Positions 51,769 through 60,798 of a stretch of DNA of 64,000 nucleotides are shown piece by piece. The DNA is from Dehalococcoidia bacterium. Lineage in GTDB: Bacteria > Chloroflexota > Dehalococcoidia > Lucifugimonadales > UBA3495. The DNA lies in contig CBDDEJ010000010.1 in the NCBI GenBank assembly GCA_965226915.1, forward strand, positions 772,190 through 836,189. The letters run 5' to 3'. A program made the position numbers and the translations under genes. The stretch's first letter is position 1. The number at the start of each line of letters is the position of its first letter. The notes under the pieces were generated by a model that saw only the letters and a program-made list of their open reading frames with translations, was not told the DNA's origin and searched no databases.

Positions 51769-52192
51769 GGTTTTGGTGATACAAGGCGCGGGTATGAATA
51801 TGCGCGGCAAGGCCCAGATAGAGGTTTTTGGGACCACCACGTTAGACCAGATCAACGAGCAGATAGTGGCCTATGCCGAAGGCTTGGGCGTGGACGTGGA
51901 GCTGTTCCATTCCAACATCGAAGGCGACGTGTGCAACGCCCTTTACGACGCCCACGAGCGGGGCATCGACGCGGCATTGATCAACCCTGCCGGTTACACC
52001 ACGGGGACCGGCCCCTTGGTGGCCGCCATCGCCCAAGTGAAATTCCCCGTGATCGAGGTCCACGCCTCCAACCCCACATCCCGCGGGACGGTCTCCAAGA
52101 TCCAGCCAGTTTCCAAGGGCTCGGTCTACGGCTTCGGCGTCTACGGTTACTACCTGGCGCTGGAAGCCGTCAAGCAGATGGAGAAGGCTTAG
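51761..52192 (+). CDS. type II 3-dehydroquinate dehydratase-like protein, divergent at catalytic positions
   Basis: Motifs VLVIQGAGMNMRG, HSNIEG, INPAGYT and IEVHASN. Overlaps the protoglobin stop by 8 nt (ATGACTAA). Confidence 0.7.
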   Translation: MTKVLVIQGAGMNMRGKAQIEVFGTTTLDQINEQIVAYAEGLGVDVELFHSNIEGDVCNALYDAHERGIDAALINPAGYTTGTGPLVAAIAQVKFPVIEVHASNPTSRGTVSKIQPVSKGSVYGFGVYGYYLALEAVKQMEKA

Positions 52193-52240
52193 AAGATAAC
52201 CAAAACCCGGCCTTCCACAGTGGGCGATCCTTCGACAGGC

Positions 52241-53454
52241 TCAAGTCGAGCAATGGTCACCCGCAACATCCTGCCGCCAGAGGCAATAGGCAAAAATTGG
52301 CTTGTACTGAGGTTGGGGTTCCACCGAAACCAACTCCCCGTCGCGCAGACGAATTTCGTGAAATACCTCACGGGCCAGGTCCCGGCGCTGTCCCGGGGTC
52401 ACCCCTGGATGTTGCCACAAGGCCGGCAGGTCTTGCAACAGCTGGGCAGCCCGGTCCATGTTGGGGGATACCGAAGGAGGAGCCGATCTTTCCATCTGTT
52501 GGAATTGGCGCCGCAATTCCTGGTGTTCGGATTTGAACTCATCGTCGCCAATCATGCCCCACAAGTGCTGCTTTCTCAGATTCGCCAAAGCCCCTTCAAC
52601 GCGTTTGATCTCTAGAGAGTGATCCGGCTTGGGTCCTTCACTTGCCAAGGCCTTGAGTACTGCGTCTTTCCAGCAATCATCCAAGGCAACACACCCGAGT
52701 ACTCGTTCAGCAAACTCCTGCTCTACAGCAGGCGCGCTGACCGACATTGGACCGTTTCCGCACCGGTGCGTGCTGTGGGCCATTCGGGGATAGCGGCAGT
52801 TTCGACCATTGGACGTCATTCCATGGAATGACCTGCCACAGTGGTCACAGACCAGCGTTCCGGTGAGTGGGTAGATCCGGTGCTCCCTAGAAGGAGGGCT
52901 GTACCGGCCGGGTCCTCCCCTCTCTGTTCTGACCTGTTGGCACCGACGCCAAAGGATTCTCACTTCGTCAGGAACTTCGTGGACGCCTTCAATGATCTCT
53001 TCATCCGGCCGATCTCGGTGCTAGACCACTTCTCCGGCGTAGAAACGATTATTCAACACTGTGGAGATAGAGCTCTCCGTGAAAGGTTGACCGTCGGACG
53101 TGAGGTAACCCTTCACGTTTAGGTCCTGGGCCAGGGCACGGTAGGAGAGCTGCCCTGAAGCATACCCTTCAAGGAGATGGATCAAGGCCGGCATGGTTGT
53201 CTCATCGGGCACCATCCAGGCGCCCCTACCGCTAGCGTGTTTTTCTGTTCTGTAACCCAATGGCGCGCTGCCAATCGCATAGCCTTGGGACGCTTTGAGC
53301 GCTAATCCAGATTGAATGTATCCGGATAGATTCCTGCTGTACTGCTCGTCTATGGTTTCGTTGATACGTTCGTTGACGAAATCCAGGAGCCGCTCCAGGT
53401 AGACTTCTCCTTGGGCGGACTCCCCTGTCTCATGCTCTATTAATACCCTGGGTG
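52241..53454 (-). pseudogene. large serine recombinase, catalytic domain mostly missing, in-frame TAG at 53021-53023
   Basis: YSRNLS..GYAIGSAPLGY (end of the resolvase domain and start of the recombinase domain), NNRFYAGEVV*HR, zinc ribbon CDHCG..HRCG, and a coiled-coil tail. Confidence 0.75.
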
Positions 53455-53607
53455 CTAGTACTACAACGACGCGTTATGAGAAAACACGCTCAGGTCTTCT
53501 TCTTCAGCTACGGACCGTTCATCATGGGAGACTCGCACTCGTTCGTTGCCAGCTTCAAAATCCGCCCACGAGTTACCTTGTAGGATAACGCGTCGTTGTA
53601 GTACTAG
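53455..53607 (-). mobile_element. MITE-B copy 2 (inverted relative to copy 1)
   Basis: CTAG at 53455 and 53604, 149 bp apart. Confidence 0.8.
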
Positions 53608-54828
53608 TAGTCAGTCAAACTTGATATTAATGGTAACGTGAAAGATTGAGCAAAAGAGCTACCCTGACTCTGGATAGTGTTGATGGGAGGCGGTGGTATG
53701 GTCAGGGAAAAGTATGGAGTCCGGCTGACGGCGGAACAGCGGAACCAGCTCCAGCATCTGGTTCGTGCGGGGAAAGGCACAGCCCGGGTGACGGTCCGGG
53801 CCCGGATTCTGCTCAAGACGGATGAGGGGTGGAGCGCTCCCCAGGTGGCCCAAGCCCTGGATGTGGCCGAGGGCACGGTGTTTCGGATCAAGCGGCGCTT
53901 CGCCGAAGAGGGGCTGGAAGGGGTGCTGCAAGACCGGCCCCAAGCCCGTCGGTACCGGAAGCTAGACGACCGGGGCGAAGCCCACCTCATCGCTCTGGCC
54001 TGCTCCGAACCGCCGGAAGGGCATGACCACTGGACCCTGCGCCTTTTGGCGGGCCAGGTGGTGGAGTTGGGGTTGGCGCCCTCCCTATCCCACGAGACGG
54101 TGCGGCTGCACCTGAAAAAAACTCCCTCAAGCCGTGGCAGAAGCAGGAGTGGTGCATCCCCAAGGTGAGCGCCGAGTTCGTGGCCCACATGGAGGACGTG
54201 CTGGACCTGTACGCCCAACCCTATGACCCGCGGCGGCCGGTGGTCTGCTTTGACGAGACTTCGACCCAGTTGTTGGCTGACACCCGTCCCCCGCTGCCAG
54301 CCCAGCCGGGGAGACCGGCGCGGCAGGACTACGAGCACCGCCGGGAGGGCACTCGAAACCTGTTCCTGACCTGCGAACCGATGGCCGGTTGGCGCCACGT
54401 GCAGGTTACGGAGCGGCGCACCATGCAGGACTTCGCCCGCCAGATGCGCTGGCTGGTGGATGAGGCCTATCCAGAGGTCCCGGTGGTGCGAGTGGTCCTG
54501 GACAATCTGAACACCCACAGGACAGCTTCCCTGTACGAGACCTTCCCTGCGGCCGAGGCCCGCCGGGTCGCCAAACGGCTGGAGTTCCACTACACCCCCA
54601 AGCACGGGAGTTGGTTGAATATGGCGGAAATCGAGTTCAGCGTGCTGTCCCGCTCCTGCCTCAAGCAGCGCGTCCCCAACGAACCCGCCCTCCGGCGGGA
54701 GGTCCAGGCCCTGGTCACGGAGCGAAATGCCGCCCGAGCCACCATTAACTGGCGGTTCAACACCCAGGACGCCAGGGGCAAACTTCACCGCCTCTATCCC
54801 TTCGATTCCAAACATGACTGACTACTAG
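53604..54828 (+). mobile_element. IS630-family insertion sequence (1221 bp CTAG to CTAG)
   Basis: TIR CTAGTAGTCAGTCA (53604-53617) and TGACTGACTACTAG (54815-54828). Two-frame transposase inside. Confidence 0.85.
53698..54821 (+). CDS. IS630-family transposase, two frames joined by a putative -1 slip on A7 (54115-54121)
   Basis: orfA carries the HTH (..RLHLKK). Frame -1 continues NSLKPWQKQEWCIPK..VVCFDETS..VVLDNLNTH..WLNMAEIEF (DDE). Confidence 0.75.
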
Positions 54829-55156
54829 GAGTAGCGGATTTAGGGGTGACAGCTTCATGCCCCGGTCGCCATATTCACGGCCCGCTTTCCAGTCACCCTC
54901 AAAGCATGACAGATACGTGATCGGCGTAAAGTTGTGACTTGCGGCCAGTCGGGGGGTGCCTCGCCTCTCTGCGAAGTCTCGCATGGCCAAAGCGTGGGGG
55001 CGGGCCGCATCCCGATCACCCATAGCAAGTAAGCTCATCGCGGTAAACCAGTGAGAAACCACGTAAGAAAAGGGGTTTTCTTCACCGGTGTCCAGTTCGA
55101 TGGCCCGCCGCCCATTGTCTACGCTCTCTTGCAAGTTGAGGTGACGGTAAGCCGCA
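54829..55156 (-). pseudogene. TPR-region fragment of the interrupted NTPase-TPR gene
   Basis: AAYRHLNLQESVDNGRRAIEL..AMGDRDAARPHALAMRDFAERRG. In phase with 56792.. once the inserted elements are removed. Confidence 0.6.
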
Positions 55157-55335
55157 CTAGAAACTCGGACGGAAACCCCGATTCTCTCCAAGCTGCCGGT
55201 TTCTTAACGTCGATTGTCGATGTAACAGTGGGTTCTTGAACCGTATTACAGACACTATCATGCCCCATAAGACTATAATACGTCTGTCTGGCGTAGCGCG
55301 AAACCCGGCCAATGGCTTTCCGGCCAGACCTCTAG
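55157..55335 (+). mobile_element. MITE-A copy 4
   Basis: CTAG at 55157 and 55332. 8 mismatches versus copy 2. Confidence 0.8.
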
Positions 55336-56791
55336 TACTACAACGACGAGTTGTCTGGTAGGATGGCTGGACAGATGATGTTGGGTGGTTTGGGTGATGG
55401 ATGCGGCGAGCTTCGAGCGGGTCTACGACAGCCTTCAGGAATTCCACGCCTTCTTTGCGGCCTCCTTCGGCCGCAAGCAGTGGCGGGATCACAGCGGGAA
55501 TTACCTTCAGGCGCTGCTGGTGCAGGACCAGGAGCGGCGCAACGCCGAGAATCTCTCGGAATCGGTGGGCATCTCGGCCCGGGCGATGCAGCGCTTTCTC
55601 ACCGAGGCCCGGTGGTCCCATGAGACAGTCATAGGGCGGTTGCAGGAATACTTGGCCCCCAGGCTGGGACACCTGGAGGCGGTGTGGGTGTTCGATGGCA
55701 GCGACTTCCCCAAGCAGGGCAGGAAATCGGCGGGAGTGGCCCGGCAGTACTGCGGCAGGCTGGGCAAGGTGGCCAACTGCCAGGGTGGGATGTTCCTGGC
55801 CTACGTCAGCCCGCTGGGCCGGGCGTTGGTGGACAAGCGGCTGTATCTGCCCAAGAGTTGGACCTCCGACCAGGACCGGTGTGCTGCGGCGGGTGTGCCG
55901 GAGGACCGGCGGAACTACCGGTCAAAGACGGAGTTGGCCCTGGAGATGCTGGAGCGGGTCCTGGAGTTGGGCTACCTCAGGGCCGAGTGGGTTGCCGGAG
56001 ACGACGCCTTCGGGATGTCGCCGACCTTCCGGGAGGGACTGGCGGCCCTGGGGATGCGCTACGTGCTGGACGTTCCGGGCGGCACTACGGTCTGGCCCTT
56101 GGACCCGGCTTGGACCAGTCCGGAATATCCGGGGTTCGGCCGCCCCCGCAAACCCAAGCTGCGGCCTGGGCAGCGGCGGACCATGGAGCAGCGCGGTGAT
56201 GAACTGCCGGATGAGGCTTGGCGGGAGATAACGGTGGCCCAGGGAAGCCAGGGGCCGCGCACCTACCGGTTCAGTGCCCAGCGGGTGCGGGCCACCAGGA
56301 GGCGCAAGCCCGGCGAGGAACTGTGGGCCGTCTGGCGCCGGAACCTGGACGGCAGCGAGCCCCGCTACTACCTGTCCAACGCTCCCGAGGGCACAACCTT
56401 GGAGACTCTGGCCTACGTGGGTGGGTCCAGGTGGCGCATTGAAACGGAGTTCGAGACTGAGAAGGGTGACGTGGGGCTGGACGAATACGAGACCCGCAGC
56501 TGGGCAGGGTGGCATCACCACATAGCCATGTGCCTGCTGGGTGGAGCGTTCCTGCTGAGCCTGCAGCAGGATTGGGGGGAAAAAGATGCCCCGGATCACG
56601 AGGCCACAGGTGTACCGGGTGGTGCGGGAGATGCTGCCCCGGGAGCAGTTCGGGCCCGATCAATTGCTGTTGTGGCTGGAGGATACGCAGCTACGCAACG
56701 AACGGGCTCGCCGTTCCCACGAGAGACGCCGCTCCACCCGCCGCGAAAGCAGGATGGAGCCGCCACCTTAAACCCGTCGTTGTAGTACTAG
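55332..56791 (+). mobile_element. IS701-family-like insertion sequence (1456 bp CTAG to CTAG) with the MITE-B termini
   Basis: CTAGTACTACAACGACG at 55332-55348, and its reverse complement at 56775-56791. Confidence 0.8.
55397..56771 (+). pseudogene. IS701-family DDE transposase with a C-terminal frameshift at the G6/A5 run (56574-56584)
   Basis: Motifs GVARQYCGRLGKVANCQ, VAGDDAFG and RWRIETEFE. The tail MPRITRPQVYRVVREML.. is in the +1 frame. Confidence 0.75.
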
Positions 56792-58539
56792 CGGCATGGG
56801 TCAGGGTCTGCAACTCCGCCCCAGCGCCTGCTGAGCGCCTTCGTAGTCGGATTTCTGATCCCCAAGGATCCCACCGTAGCGAGAGAGGAGGCGTCCCGAT
56901 TCGTAGGAATCGGAGGCAACCAAGGTAAGAGCACGAGCTAACAACTCAGCAACACCTAGAATCCGATTACCCGGGACCGCAATTTGGAATTCCGCGACAG
57001 CCACCGCAAGGGCGACATTCTCCGCCTCGGCGTAGTAATCGAAGGCCCGGCTAATCGTGGCGAACACTTCCGCCATCTGATGCGTTTCGGCTGCAGTGGA
57101 TTGGGCCCGCGCCAGGCCGAACAGCAAGGCCGCCGCCTCGTCATCAGCGGCAGCCTCAGTTCCGGACAAGGCAATGTCCCGCGCAACCAGGCCACTTTCA
57201 AAATGAGCAAGTGCCTCTTCGTAGGCGTAGGCGGTCAGCGCCTGTTCTCCTGCGATCAGGGAATAGTGCGCCAACTTGTCCGGTCCGGTCGAAGTCTGAG
57301 CCTCGGCGAAATGGTGGGCCAACTCAGCGGCGTAGGGCTCCACATCATCTCCATACACCGCTTCCATGGCCTCAGCAATTCGGGCGTGCAGCCGTACTCT
57401 GCGGCTGGTGGTCACCTCTTCCGTCAGGGTCTGTTGAATCAGAGCGTGATTGAACTGGTAGCGGTCCCTTTGGTCGGGCACTTCCTCGATCAAATGAAAC
57501 GACACCGCCTCATCCACCACCTGGAGCAACTGATCTTCGGACATTTTGTCGTTGAGAATACTCAGCAGCCGGAAATCAAACTCCCGTCCGATCATGGAAG
57601 CGGTGGTCAACACCTCGTTGCATTGCTCTGACAACCGGTTGAGACGCCGCCCTATCACCTCCCGCACCCCTTCGGGTATCCGGAGTCCTTCGGGCGATTC
57701 GAGTCGCCCGGATGTCCGTTCTCCGCTTTCCGATAGCAGACTGATGACTTCGGCCATAAAAAAGGGGTTGCCCTCGGTGTGGGCATAAAGGGTTCCGGTA
57801 ACCTCTTGGGAGAGCTGTAGGCTGGTGGTCGCTTCGATGAATTGACCGAGTTCGTCTTGGCCCAAGCCGCGGAGCGTCTGGCGCCGGAAGACCGGCTCCC
57901 TGGACAACTGGGCCAAGGTTTCAGCCAATGGATGCTGTCGGGAAAGGTCCGTGTCACGATAGCAGCCCACCAGCAGAAGCCGGGATTCGCCCAACTCCCT
58001 GGCCAGGTACTCCAGCAATGACAAAGACGAATTGTCGGCCCAGTGTAGGTCATCCAGAACGAGCATCAGGGGCTGATTTTGGGCGGCGTTCTTCAGGAAA
58101 GTAGTGATGGAGTCGAAAAGGCGGAACCGGGCCGCTTCAGGTTCCAGGGACGTCGAAGGCTTGAGGTCCGTGATCTTGTCATGTATCTCGGCTACGACAT
58201 CGGCGGCACCGCGGCCCATCTCTCCGGTGAGCTGTTCCACGTTGCTTTGTTGGACGTACGACCGCATGGCCTGGACGGCGGGGTCCCTTCTTCTTCGTAG
58301 CACCGGCCCCGAAGGACTTGGGCTCCACGATTCTCGGCTCGGGAGGCTAGCTCTTGGGTGGTGCGGGTCTTGCCGATGCCTGGTTCACCCACCAGCATCA
58401 CTAGCCTTCCGTAGCCGGAAAGGGATTCCTCTAGGGCAGTGGTGAGTTCTCCCAACTCCCGTTGGCGGCCCACGAAAATTGCACGAGACTGGGTGTGAGG
58501 TAACGAACCTCGTTCTGGTTGGAGCGATGGCTCTGTCAT
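56792..58539 (-). pseudogene. AAA_16/STAND-type NTPase with TPR region, N-terminal two-thirds, with internal indels
   Basis: Walker A GEPGIGKT and Walker B LVLDDLHWAD. 13 nt appear to be missing near 58275 and 1 nt at the C4 run 56819-56822. Confidence 0.7.
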
Positions 58540-59702
58540 GCGGCCAGTATAATCCTGCGCCTGACGGGATTCCAGACTTCGCCAATCTGATCTCACCATG
58601 GCCGAGCTTCAGTCACCGCTCCGCATGGTTAGCGGCGAGCCTACAAGGGTCAAATAAGGCGACTGCTTAATGTTTTTGGATAGAGGACGACCAGGGTGGA
58701 ACTCGACCTGAAACACGGAGTGGCTGTGTTAGTTACCGCGAATTGGGTGAAACAGGTCAATCCCCTGTCTCCGTGGGACTTATGTCCGCTCTGGACGCTG
58801 TGAGAGGTCGGAGAGTGAAGTCCTCATAACATTAATCTTGTTAAACATGCTTATATAGGCGGCAGCGGGCCACACTGCGGACGATTAGGGTCAACTTTGC
58901 AGGGGATGCGCCGAAGGTTCTCCTCAATAATGAAGAAGATAGCACTATACGAGGAAACTCGCAAATCCTCTGAGGAGGGCCCTGGGCAGCAGTTGACGCC
59001 AAACACCTGGTTTTCCAGGAAGCGGGTGTAAAACGCACCTGCCTGCCAAAGGCTTACCCTAGTCATTGCCATCAACATCGCTCCAGGGGATTTGCATCCC
59101 CGGGGCGATGTCGTTTTCGCGCCAGTCACAGTTCTTGCCTTGTCCGGCATCCGCCTTGGACCGTGTTCTTGAACACTTCCAGGCTCCGGCCATCCTCCAA
59201 TAACTCGGTAGTGGATCCGACCGGCTGGTGCTCCCAGGTCTCTGCCGGTGCTAGTCGACAGAATGGGCGAAGCAGAACGGGTACTTCCGGAGTTATTTAA
59301 AACCTCCCCATCTGTCCAAAGCTGGGGGCCGTTATCGTTTCACGAGCTACGTTAGGTGGGGCTTCAAAAAGAAGTCCTTTTGGTGCTCCCCATTTTAAAC
59401 GCCGGGTAGATACACTTCGAATGACTCCCATTTTGGAGCATCGGATCCCAGTTTGCTAAAGATGGCCACCTCTCACACTGAGAACAACCAATTCGCCTCC
59501 GTTCACAGCATTCTAAAGTCTTCGGGACCGATAGTCCGGTCGGCCAGCAGGACCATAGTACGGGCTATTCCGGTTTATCCCGCTGGGCGATATGTAGTCC
59601 AAAAGACGTCGGTCCTCTTCTTGGTATAAATTTGTTGACCTTGTTGTGATCTCGAAATCACAATAGGTCGTCCCGATCGGTAATAGAGAAATTTTTGAAT
59701 CT

Positions 59703-60068
59703 CTACAACCCCTTCATTGATTTAACCCGATCACCCAGCACGTCTATGACGAACCCCTGCATTTTGTTCACGCATTCCAGTACGGCAATACGAACTTCAG
59801 ATGATACCGCCCCCCGTTCAAGAGCCTCCAATCTAGCTGTCTGTTCAGCGATGTCTTGCGCCATGTCGGCCTGAAACCCGAACAACCTATCGGCTACCTC
59901 TTTGGTTTGGCGCTTCAGATTTACAGCGTCAATCTCAAGCCCGCCATCTCGATACGAGCGGTGGCCGCTTCCGTTCATGTCGGCTTTGGCGCCCCTTTGT
60001 CCAGAGACGATTTCTTCGAGAGCCGCTGGCCGATCCTCAAGCGGCAAGCTGCTATACCATGCTTTCAT
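59703..60068 (-). CDS. hypothetical protein
   Basis: 121-aa ORF. No family recognised. Confidence 0.35.
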   Translation of the reverse strand: MKAWYSSLPLEDRPAALEEIVSGQRGAKADMNGSGHRSYRDGGLEIDAVNLKRQTKEVADRLFGFQADMAQDIAEQTARLEALERGAVSSEVRIAVLECVNKMQGFVIDVLGDRVKSMKGL

Positions 60069-60086
60069 ATCCGACTAGGTAAGTGA

Positions 60087-60798
60087 TTGTGGTTGGTGAT
60101 GACTGCGGAACTGTTGGTGAGATCGATAGGATCAGTGGGGTTCGGAGGAGTTTGCGTCTGGGAGCGTGTACAGAGACAGATTGACCGCCTCTTGGACGAA
60201 GCCGAGGAAGCAGCGGCCTCAAAAGACTGGGAGACCGCCCGCGACCGTGCCGAACAGGTCCTTACCTAAGACCCTGAAAATGCGGATGGCATCGCATTCC
60301 TGAGTGCTGCCCAACGGGCACTCGGTGTTTCCGCGCCCCGATCAACAACTCTATCCACAAAATCTCCACTTGCTTCATCGTCGCATGTGACACCGGTCCA
60401 ACCGACGGCCTTCGCCAACGACCGCTACCAGGTCAAGCGCTTCCTGGGCGAGGGCGGCAAAAACGTGTCTACTTGGCCCAGGACACCCTGCTGGACCGGG
60501 AGGTAGCCTTCGCCCTGATCAAGACCGAGGGCCTGGACGACACCTCCCGCACCCGCATCCAGCGGGAAGCGCAGGCCATGGGCCGGTTGGTATCCCATCC
60601 TCACATAGTCACCGTCTTCGATCTAGGCCAGGAACAAGACCAACCGTACATGGTCACTGAGCTCATGGCCGGTGGCGATGTGGAAGGTTTGATAGATGAA
60701 ATCCAGGGGCGACGTCTTCCCCTGCAGCAAGCTATCAGTATTGCCCAAGAAACCTGCCGTGGCCTGGAGTTCGCCCACAAGTCCACCGGGACCTCCAT
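60087..60798 (+). pseudogene. Ser/Thr protein kinase, N-terminal part only (in-frame TAA, A5 frameshift, truncated by IS1380)
   Basis: YQVKRFLGEGGK / VYLAQD..VAFALIK (VAIK-type Lys) ..MVTELMAGG..GLEFAH. TAA at 60267-60269. The A-run at 60459-60463 is one base short. Confidence 0.65.

Noticed and set aside
53261-53458. The open frame linking the TPR fragment to the recombinase remnant, read as a genuine fusion protein.
   Set aside because: The frame is open only after removing two inserted elements. The recombinase lacks its catalytic domain and carries a stop. A deletion junction between two dead genes is more likely.
53604-54815. Long antisense ORFs: 403 aa opposite the IS630 transposase, 466 aa at 61150..62550 opposite the IS1380 transposase, 369 aa at 12696..13805 over the permease gene, 290 aa at 9260..10132 and 277 aa at 24296..25129 opposite the NHL genes, and 266 aa at 23568..24368.
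   Set aside because: They are Arg/Pro/Gly/His-rich with no recognisable motifs, and they overlap well-supported genes. This is the typical shadow-ORF pattern of GC-rich DNA.
58600-59702. About 1.1 kb with only low-quality ORFs, considered as possible remains of another gene.
   Set aside because: Translations in all frames show frequent stops and no motif I can name. I left it unannotated.
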